64,000 bases of DNA, taken from Candidatus Latescibacterota bacterium (GTDB taxonomy: Bacteria; Latescibacterota; UBA2968; GCA-2709665). Shown here piece after piece: positions 28,624 to 36,512 of the stretch. Position 1 is the first letter of the stretch, and each line of letters starts with the position of its first letter. The notes below the pieces were generated by a model. It was not told where the DNA came from, made no database searches, and saw nothing but the letters and a program-made list of their open reading frames with translations. Where the stretch lies: NCBI GenBank assembly GCA_965116875.1, contig OZ220733.1:1696001-1760000 (forward strand). Reading direction: 5' to 3'. Both the position numbers and the translations under genes were made by a program.

Positions 28624-29594
28624 CCCAGCTTGCGCCGGACCCGTATCTGCTCCTGTTCGCGGTGTTTCTGGACGGCCTGTTCGGGGACCCGGTCTTTGCA
28701 TGGCACCCCATTCGCCTGATGGGTGCGACGCTCTCCATTTTCGAGCGGATGCTGCGTCGTCTCGGTCCGGACGGCTACGCGGGCGGATGTCTGCTGATGT
28801 TGCTCCTGTCCGCATTGTGGCTTGGGATTGTCTGTGGATTGGCGGTGGTTTTGAGCTACCTCCAGTACGACGTCGGATGGATCTTCCAGGCATATATCAT
28901 ATTTAGTATGATCGCGCTGAAAGACCTGTGCAAGCACGGGATGGCCATCGATCGCGCCGCCGATCCGGATGGCGCGCGAACGGCGGTTTCCATGCTCGTC
29001 GGGCGGGATACCGACAGGATGGATGCCGCGGCATGCCGGCGAGCGGGCATGGAGAGTTTGAGCGAGAACGCGGTGGACGGTTTTGTTTCACCCATCTTCT
29101 GGTACGTGGTGCTGGGGCTTCCGGGGATCGTATTCTTCAAGGTGGTCAGCACCATGGACTCCATGGTGGGATTCAGGACGCCGCGATACAGGCGCTTGGG
29201 CTGGTGCGGCGCCCGGTTGGACGACGTACTCAACTATGTCCCGGCAAGATTGACCTACCTGTTGATGGTGGTGGTCGCTCTTCTCCTTCCCGGTTGTTCC
29301 GCCCGCAAGGCGCTGCGGGCCGGATGGCGGCAGCACACGCTCGTTCCCGGTCCGAACTCCGGCTGGAGCGAGGCGACGGCCGCGGGCGCATTGCAGCGGC
29401 GTCTCGCGGGTCCCATCTGGCAGGATGGCGAGATGATTACAGACGTCTGGCTGGGCGAGGGGTCCGACCCGGAAGGCGGACAGCCCGGGGATATGCGCCG
29501 CGCGTGCGCGTTTGTCATTGTCACCTGTCTCCTGGCGACAGGCGCAGCCGCTGCCTGTTTGTTCGTTTTGCGCCCGCACGGGTTGACTTTCTGA
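28614..29594 (+). CDS. cbiB: Adenosylcobinamide-phosphate synthase CbiB/CobD
   Basis: LDGLFGDP..WHPI, LVGRDT, ESLSENAVDG..SPIFW, STMDSMVG, ARLDDVLNYVPARL, PNSGWSEA. Confidence 0.92.
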   Translation: MDLTQLAPDPYLLLFAVFLDGLFGDPVFAWHPIRLMGATLSIFERMLRRLGPDGYAGGCLLMLLLSALWLGIVCGLAVVLSYLQYDVGWIFQAYIIFSMIALKDLCKHGMAIDRAADPDGARTAVSMLVGRDTDRMDAAACRRAGMESLSENAVDGFVSPIFWYVVLGLPGIVFFKVVSTMDSMVGFRTPRYRRLGWCGARLDDVLNYVPARLTYLLMVVVALLLPGCSARKALRAGWRQHTLVPGPNSGWSEATAAGALQRRLAGPIWQDGEMITDVWLGEGSDPEGGQPGDMRRACAFVIVTCLLATGAAAACLFVLRPHGLTF

Positions 29595-29663
29595 TGTCCC
29601 GCCGCTATCTTCATCTGCCAGGTTTGAGTAATCCGGTAGACCCGATATCAGGAGAAGGCGATC

Positions 29664-31250
29664 ATGAAATCTCTGCTTGTCATTTTGAGTCTGGCGGGTA
29701 TCTGTTTTTCTCAAGACCCTGCCTCTGCACAGGACAATAGAACGACGGCACGCGACGTGATGGACCGGGAGACCCTGATGGCCTTTGTGGATGGGGCCAG
29801 AGATTCCCTCGAGAGCGCCGTCGACTACGCCGCCGTCGGACGATTGGTGGAGGCATTCAGGCCCGAGGGCGACTGGAAGGCCGGTCCGGTCTATCTCGTC
29901 ATTCTGACCCCGGAAGGCGTGGTGAGTTTTCACGCGGCAGACGTGAAGTTCGAAGACAAGAATGTGATCGATCTCGAGGATGACAGAGGCACAATGTTCG
30001 TCCGGGACATGCTCGCCGCTGCCGCTGAAGACGGTGGGTTTGTCTCATACCACTGGGACGACCCGGCCGTGGCGGAAGAAGAGCCGTCCAGACTCGCCTA
30101 CGCGGTTCCGGTTGCCATTCGAGGGGATGACTTCATCCTTGTTGGCGGCTTCCATATGGATTTGTCAGACGTGGACGCCGAGCCAAACATCTTTGAACTG
30201 CTGGAGGTAACGGCCCGGGACGTCAAGGACAGAGCGTCGTTGAAAGCCTTTGTGGAAGGCCTGAGGGTCCTGGTACCCATCATCGAAGAAAAGGGCTATC
30301 CGTACCTGGCAACCGTGCAGGCCGCAATCAGGACCGAGGGCGAGGATTTCAAACATGGTTCGATATACATATTCGTCATAAACTCCTCGGGCTACCTTGT
30401 CTTTCACGGGACCGCCGACCTCAGTCTGATAGGCGAGAACATGATCGACGTCGAGGACGTCAACGGCCTCAAGATCGTACAGGAGATCATTGCGAAGGCC
30501 GAAGCTGGCGGCGGTTTCGTGAAATACTACTGGGACAATCCGGCGGTCATCGGAGACGAGGACACGAAGTCGCCCAAGCTCAGCTACGTGATCCCGGTCA
30601 ATGTATTCGGTCAGACCTTTATCGTGGGCGCGGGTATCTATCTGGAGAGCGATATCGCGTTCGAAGAGGTCGCCCAGGTGGACGTACAGATTGTCGGCGA
30701 TGGAGATCCGGGGGGTCTGACCGTTGAGGTTTCGCGGTCGATTTCCGGACGTGCGCCCGTCTATTCGTGGCGCAAGACGACCGATGAGACGGGGCACGCC
30801 GCGGTGAGAGTGACGCCGGACGAGCAGCGCCGCGTAAACGGCATGTACCGGGCGCGCGTGCGTCGTGAAGAAGGAGAGACCATTGCAAGCTGGAGCAGCA
30901 TTCCGCTGATGCCAGGCAGGCGCGTGACTTACGAAGTCAATTTGAATGGCGATGTAAACGCCGTCAGCCAGCTTGCGGCATCGCTGGACGCCAACCGGCC
31001 GAATCCTTTCAACCCCGCCACCTCGATTCGTTATACGCTGGACAGGGCAGTGGACGTGAAGTTGGCGGTCTACAACCTCCTGGGCCAGGAGGTCCGGCTG
31101 CTTGTTCGACGGTTCCAACCCGCTGGAAGCTATGCGGTCGCGTGGGATGGGCGCGATACCGCCGGACGGCAGGTGAGTACCGGCGTGTACCTGTACCGGC
31201 TCCAGGCGGGGACGGACGTGGTTACGCGCAAGATGGTGCTGGCAAAGTAG
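29664..31250 (+). CDS. Secreted protein: two sCache_2-like domains + Ig-like domain + FlgD/T9SS-type C-terminal domain
   Basis: Signal peptide; duplicated TARDVxDRxxLxAFV...GGFVxYxWDxPAV; C-terminal NRPNPFNPATSIRY...YNLLGQEVR...WDGRD...GVYLYRL...RKMVLAK. Confidence 0.78.
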   Translation: MKSLLVILSLAGICFSQDPASAQDNRTTARDVMDRETLMAFVDGARDSLESAVDYAAVGRLVEAFRPEGDWKAGPVYLVILTPEGVVSFHAADVKFEDKNVIDLEDDRGTMFVRDMLAAAAEDGGFVSYHWDDPAVAEEEPSRLAYAVPVAIRGDDFILVGGFHMDLSDVDAEPNIFELLEVTARDVKDRASLKAFVEGLRVLVPIIEEKGYPYLATVQAAIRTEGEDFKHGSIYIFVINSSGYLVFHGTADLSLIGENMIDVEDVNGLKIVQEIIAKAEAGGGFVKYYWDNPAVIGDEDTKSPKLSYVIPVNVFGQTFIVGAGIYLESDIAFEEVAQVDVQIVGDGDPGGLTVEVSRSISGRAPVYSWRKTTDETGHAAVRVTPDEQRRVNGMYRARVRREEGETIASWSSIPLMPGRRVTYEVNLNGDVNAVSQLAASLDANRPNPFNPATSIRYTLDRAVDVKLAVYNLLGQEVRLLVRRFQPAGSYAVAWDGRDTAGRQVSTGVYLYRLQAGTDVVTRKMVLAK

Positions 31251-31377
31251 CTATCGGGTAAGCATACCCGGATAATTTCGGGTAAAAGAGAGAGACGGGT
31301 TTCGTGTATGGAGTCAGAAAAGGCGCGGCCCGTCTTTTCATTGACGTGTACGTGTTACGCGATTTCGGAGACGCGTT

Positions 31378-32424
31378 GTGACTGAGGCGATTCTTACGGC
31401 GCACGATCTCACCATCGGTTACAAACGCGGTCGCCGTCCGCCTCGCGTTGTCGCCAGCGGCATCAACGTCACGCTCGATCACGGTGAATTCGTCTGTCTG
31501 CTGGGTCCCAACGGCGCGGGAAAATCCACGCTCATGCGCACACTCGCCGGGATGCAGCCGCCGCTGGACGGCCACGTCCATATCGCGGGAAGAGATGTCA
31601 CGGAGATGTCTGCAACGGAAGTCGCCCAACACCTCAGCGTTGTGCTCACGGACCGTGTCAGCGCAGGGACTATGACGGTGCGCGATCTGGTCGGCCTGGG
31701 ACGATATCCCCATACCGATTGGATCGGACGCTTCGCACCTGAAGATCAAGAGGCCGTTTCCTGGGCGATTCGCGCGGCGGGCGCCGGGGATCTGGAATAC
31801 CGTAACGTGGCTGAACTCAGCGATGGCGAGCGCCAGAAGGTGATGATCGCGCGCGCGCTGGCGCAGCAGCCGGACCTGATGATTCTGGATGAACCCACGG
31901 CCTTTCTCGACCTGCCCCGCCGCGTGGAAATCATGGCTTTATTGCAAAATCTCGCGCATACGACCCGGAAAGCCATCCTCCTCTCCACGCACGACCTGGA
32001 CCTGGCGCTGCGCTGCGCGGACCGGATTTATCTCCTGCCGTCAGAAGGCGCATTGCAGACCGGCGCGCCCGAGGACTTGGTCCTCAACGGCGCATTCGAA
32101 CGGGCGTTCGGGTCCGATGGCGTTCGTTTCGACGCTGATTCGGGCGCGTTTAGGCTTAGGCCGGAACGTGGCCGGTTCACGGTCGAAGTTACGGGAAAGG
32201 GCCGGCACGCGTATTGGACGAAGCGAGCGCTGGAGAGAGCGGGATTTCAGGTGAGTGGCGTGGCATCCGGGCGCCGCATCGACGTTTTGGACGGCGAAAC
32301 CGTCGCCTGGCGGTTCGAAAGTGGGGAAACCGCGATTACATTCTATTCCATTTACGACTTGATCACATCGATCAAATGCGAATATGGAATAGATGCTCGA
32401 CAGGAATCAGGAAAAACGGGATGA
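31378..32424 (+). CDS. btuD: Cobalamin/iron-chelate ABC transporter ATP-binding protein (BtuD/FecE-like)
   Basis: GPNGAGKS, LSDGERQKVMIARALAQ, ILDEPTAFLD, STHD. Confidence 0.88.
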   Translation: MTEAILTAHDLTIGYKRGRRPPRVVASGINVTLDHGEFVCLLGPNGAGKSTLMRTLAGMQPPLDGHVHIAGRDVTEMSATEVAQHLSVVLTDRVSAGTMTVRDLVGLGRYPHTDWIGRFAPEDQEAVSWAIRAAGAGDLEYRNVAELSDGERQKVMIARALAQQPDLMILDEPTAFLDLPRRVEIMALLQNLAHTTRKAILLSTHDLDLALRCADRIYLLPSEGALQTGAPEDLVLNGAFERAFGSDGVRFDADSGAFRLRPERGRFTVEVTGKGRHAYWTKRALERAGFQVSGVASGRRIDVLDGETVAWRFESGETAITFYSIYDLITSIKCEYGIDARQESGKTG

Positions 32425-33488
32425 CGTCGGTACAGAGAGACGAAGCACGGGAGGTACCGCGACGCACGATCATCGTGCCGGGATTGTTCCTGCTGCTGTT
32501 GATCGCGTTCGGCCTGAGCCTGTCGTTCGGATCGGTCCGCATTCCGCTGGCCGGACTGTTCGACGTTCTCCTGGGAAGGGAGGCGGGATCTCCCGCATGG
32601 CCCATCATCATTCACACGATCCGTCTGCCGCGGGCGATCACGGGTGTGCTGGCCGGGGCCGCGCTGGCCGTCAGCGGGCTTCAGATGCAGACGTTATTCC
32701 GCAATCCACTCGCCGATCCGTTCGTGCTCGGCATCAGCGCCGGCGCCAGCCTGGGCGTCGCCATCGTGGTGTTGACGGCGGGCGCGGCCGGCAGCGCGCT
32801 GATCGCGGGACTCGGCTTGCTGGGGGACCTCGGCCTGGTTGTGGCGGCAATCCTGGGCGCCGCCGTCGTGCTGGGGTGCGTGCTGCTGGTGTCCCGCAGC
32901 GTGAGCAGCGTGATGACACTACTCATCCTGGGCCTGATGTTCGGATACGCGGCAGCGGCGCTCGTCAGCATTTTGATCTACTTCAGCGTTCCCGAACAGA
33001 TCCAGTCGTACATTCTGTGGACCTTCGGCAGTTTCGGCAGTGTCACGTGGCGCCAGATACCGGTACTCGTCTGCACGACGCTGTTCGGCCTCCTGCTGGC
33101 GCTGCTGTGCATCAAGCCTCTCAATGCGCTCCTGCTGGGAGAAAACTACGCCAGAAGCATGGGGCTCAACGTAAAGCGCGCCCGCCTGTGGATCCTGGTA
33201 AGCGCGTCCGTTCTCGCCGGCGCCACCACCGCCTTCTGCGGGCCCATCGCGTTCCTGGGTCTGGCCGTGCCGCACCTGTGCCGCAGTCTCCTGCACACGT
33301 CGGACCACCGCGTACTCATGCCCGCCGTCATCTGCCTCGGCGCCACCCTCGCGCTGCTGTCCGATCTGTTCGCCCACCTGCCGGGGAGTCAGTACGTGCT
33401 TCCGCTGAATGCGGTGACTTCCCTCATCGGCGCGCCCGTGGTCATCTGGTTCATCCTGCATCGCAGAAACCTGAGCCAGACGATTTAG
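32421..33488 (+). CDS. btuC: Cobalamin/iron-chelate ABC transporter permease (BtuC/FecCD-like)
   Basis: IRLPRA, QTLFRNPLADPFVLGISAGA, GPIAFLGLAVPH; ATGA overlap with the ATPase gene. Confidence 0.9.
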   Translation: MTSVQRDEAREVPRRTIIVPGLFLLLLIAFGLSLSFGSVRIPLAGLFDVLLGREAGSPAWPIIIHTIRLPRAITGVLAGAALAVSGLQMQTLFRNPLADPFVLGISAGASLGVAIVVLTAGAAGSALIAGLGLLGDLGLVVAAILGAAVVLGCVLLVSRSVSSVMTLLILGLMFGYAAAALVSILIYFSVPEQIQSYILWTFGSFGSVTWRQIPVLVCTTLFGLLLALLCIKPLNALLLGENYARSMGLNVKRARLWILVSASVLAGATTAFCGPIAFLGLAVPHLCRSLLHTSDHRVLMPAVICLGATLALLSDLFAHLPGSQYVLPLNAVTSLIGAPVVIWFILHRRNLSQTI

Positions 33489-33557
33489 CGAATTGAAATC
33501 AACAGGCGGGGGCTTACATGGATGGACAGGATATTACAATCAATCGATTCCTCGAAC

Positions 33558-35250
33558 AGAGATATCGAGAGGGTGGAGCGGACATTCCTGTCTGCTCACG
33601 TTCATAGACCCAGGGCCTCACAATCCATTTTCCAAACACACCCGCGACTCGCCGCCGTCTTCGCCATGGGAAAACGGATAGCGCTATCTATGGGATGACA
33701 CGAGCGCCTTGCCACCGAAGGCAATCCGCCCTCAATCACGACCTGATCTACCAGTCTTCGGAGCGAGGGCATCCTGCCCTCGAATTTCGCGTGACCCATC
33801 AATACCCGACCCAGGGGCTTATTGTTTCCTTTACATCCGAAGTCACATTGATTATGACGGCGCCAGAGCCTCGCCATTTAGCCGTCGAGGGCAGGATGCC
33901 CTCGATCCAGCGAACGCCAATCGCACCTGTTTCAGGGCAGATATCGAAAGGGTGGAGCGGACATTCCTGTCTGCTCACGTTCATAAACACAGGGCCTCAC
34001 AATACATTAACCGTACACGCCCCGTCTCGCCGCCGTCTTCGCCATAGAAAAAGGGATAGCACTGTCTATGGGATGACACGTGCGCCCTGCCACCGAAGGA
34101 AATCTGCCCTCAATCACGACCTGATCTACCTGTCTTCGGAGCGAGGGCATCCTGCCCTCGAACTTCGCGTGACCCATCAATATCCGACCCGAGGGCTTAT
34201 TGATTCCTTTGCATCCGAAGTCACATTGATAATGACGGCGCCAAAACCTCGCGATTTAGCCGCCGAGGGCAGGATGCCCTCGCGCCAGCGAACGCCAATC
34301 GCACCTGTTTCAGGGCAGATATCGAAAGGGTGGAGCGGACATTCCTGTCTGCTCACGTTCATAGACCCAGGGCCTGACATTCCATTTTCCAAACACGCCC
34401 GCGACTCACCGCCGTCTTCGCCATGGGAAAAAGGATAGCGCTATCTATGGGATGACACGTGCGCCTTGCCACCGAAGGAAATCTGCCCTCAATCACGACT
34501 TGATCTACCAGTCTCCGGAGCGAGGGCATCCTGCCCTCGAACTTCGCGTGACCCATCAATATCCGACCCGAGGGCTTATTGATTCCTTTGCATCCGAAGT
34601 CACATTGATAATGACGGCGCCAAAGCCTCGCGATTTAGCCGTCGAGGGCAGGATGGCCTCACTCCAGCGAACGCCAATCGCACCTGTTTCAGGGCAGATA
34701 TCGAAAGGGTGGAGCGGACATTCCTGTCTGCTCACGTTCATAAACCCAGGGCCTCACAATCCATTTTCCAAACACGCCCGCGATTCGCCGCCGTCTTCGC
34801 CATGGGAAAAAGGATAGCGCTATCTATGGGATGACACGTGCGCCTTGCCACCGAAGGAAATCTGCCCTCAATCACGACCTGATCTACCAGTCTTCGGAGC
34901 GAGGGCATCCTGCCCTCGAATTTCGAGCAACCGACGAATTTCTACTTCAAGGTCAAGCCCTTCCATTCCATCCGTAACCACATCTGGTGTGACGGCGCCA
35001 GAGCCTCGCGATTAAGCCGCCGATGGCAGGATACCCTCGCGCCCGGGAACACCAACCGCACCTGTCTCAGGACAGATATCGAGAGGGTGGAGCGGACATT
35101 CCTGTCTGCTCACGTTCATAAACCCAGGGCCTGACAATCCATTTTCCAAACACGCCCGCGACTCGCCGTCGTCTACGCCTTTGGAAAAAAGTAGGCGTGA
35201 TTTACAGGACGACCTGAGGCGGGCAGACAGGAATGTCCGCCCCACCTTCA
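33558..35250. repeat. Tandem array of ~378-379-bp units (about 4.5 copies), each a mosaic of REP-like palindromes (BIME-like)
   Basis: GGGTGGAGCGGACATTCCTGTCTGC recurs at 33571, 33950, 34328, 34707, 35085; each unit also holds a family-A inverted pair. Confidence 0.93.
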
Positions 35251-36510
35251 GATCGGCTTCTTCAAATGCTCGACTATACCCCTCACGCTGCACTCCGGCT
35301 TGGTCACGTCAAACGGAACACAGGCCAACGTTAGCCCTTCGTCAAATTCGTAATGTAATGGATCTTTAAATTGATCCGTCTTAGGGTAGACAAGCGCGAG
35401 CTTCCTGCATTTGTATTTCTTGCCGTAAGCAAACATCTGGTACATATCTGCCTGTTCGACGCCGTGTTTCGGATCACTATCCATTCCGTTAATTTCCTTC
35501 CATTTCGTGTCCAGAATCAATCGAATTCCATCATGACCCGTCAGACAGATGTCCGGCTTCATAAAAAAGACCTTCTTCTGGCCAATAGACGCCAGTTGTC
35601 TTGACGGTCCTTGCTCGCTCACCTTGAATTGATGCTGATGTCGCCGGAAACTGGCCGCAACAAAGTCCTCGAATATCTCCCACATCGGAAAAAGCAGCGC
35701 CTGGTTGACGTGTTTGCCTGCATACGTGGTCAGGCCTTGATTGAAGAGAAACAGCTCCACCCATTGCATCACCGGATCGTAATGTTGTATCGTACGGTCC
35801 ACCTGATGCCGGTCCCAGTCGCTTTTGTGGTTCGTGGAACGCGGTATTTCGGAAAAGCCAACGCGCATCTGATGGAGCAACTGCTGGTTTCTCGGCTGGC
35901 GTACCGTTCCGGTCAGTTTGTCAATCGTGCTATGAATCAGTCGGTTGGCGGGACGATTGGCGCTGAACTCATCGTAACGAACGTAAAATCGCGCTCGATT
36001 GGATGCGTTTTCACGGATGTGTTGAGGGAACAGTATCCGCCCCCGGAGGCAGGGCAGGTTGTCCTCCACGGATTTATAGTGACGGGCAAGACCGCGCTGT
36101 GTGAGCGTGACGAGGTTGTTCAAGAACAGGTGGACGAACACCTCCAGCATATTGAAGCGCCGCACAGCATTGATCTGAGTCACGTTAAACACGGCCTGCG
36201 ATTTGAAACCGCGCCACGTGCGGAGCATGGAATAAAAAATCCGTTTCGTTTCGGACTTATCTTCGTCGTCATTGACGAAATCCACCTTGGGCAGAATTTC
36301 AAGCACCGTTCTCTTGCGTGTCTCGATAATTCCGACGTGGTTTCCGGCAAACAACCTGCCGTACCTATCTTGTAGCACCGGCCTGTAGTTGCCGGGGACA
36401 TCGTGTTTATTCTCCCGAGCGAATTCCTTCAAGTCCTTCAGATCGCCCGTACTCAGGTCGGTCAGTTCTTCGTGTTCTTTAACGACCAGTGGTTTGTTTC
36501 CTGGCGGCAT
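35248..36510 (-). CDS. mcrC: McrC-family modification-dependent restriction nuclease subunit
   Basis: VGII..LEILPK, RGRI, YDEFSANRPANRLI, FPMWEIFEDFV, KPDI..ILDTKWK, ADMYQMFAYG, LVYP. Confidence 0.92.
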   Translation of the reverse strand: MPPGNKPLVVKEHEELTDLSTGDLKDLKEFARENKHDVPGNYRPVLQDRYGRLFAGNHVGIIETRKRTVLEILPKVDFVNDDEDKSETKRIFYSMLRTWRGFKSQAVFNVTQINAVRRFNMLEVFVHLFLNNLVTLTQRGLARHYKSVEDNLPCLRGRILFPQHIRENASNRARFYVRYDEFSANRPANRLIHSTIDKLTGTVRQPRNQQLLHQMRVGFSEIPRSTNHKSDWDRHQVDRTIQHYDPVMQWVELFLFNQGLTTYAGKHVNQALLFPMWEIFEDFVAASFRRHQHQFKVSEQGPSRQLASIGQKKVFFMKPDICLTGHDGIRLILDTKWKEINGMDSDPKHGVEQADMYQMFAYGKKYKCRKLALVYPKTDQFKDPLHYEFDEGLTLACVPFDVTKPECSVRGIVEHLKKPI

Positions 36511-36512
36511 GG

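Noticed and set aside
33695-34817. Repeat-encoded ORFs (247 aa, 121 aa; also 39925-40734) as real proteins
   Set aside because: They translate REP palindromes (ERGHPAL, EGRMPSL), the 379-bp period breaks frame, and there is no clear RBS or known domain; not annotated as CDS
33558-35250. CRISPR array
   Set aside because: Units are ~379 bp and similar along nearly their whole length; no short repeat/unique spacer alternation and no cas genes in the window
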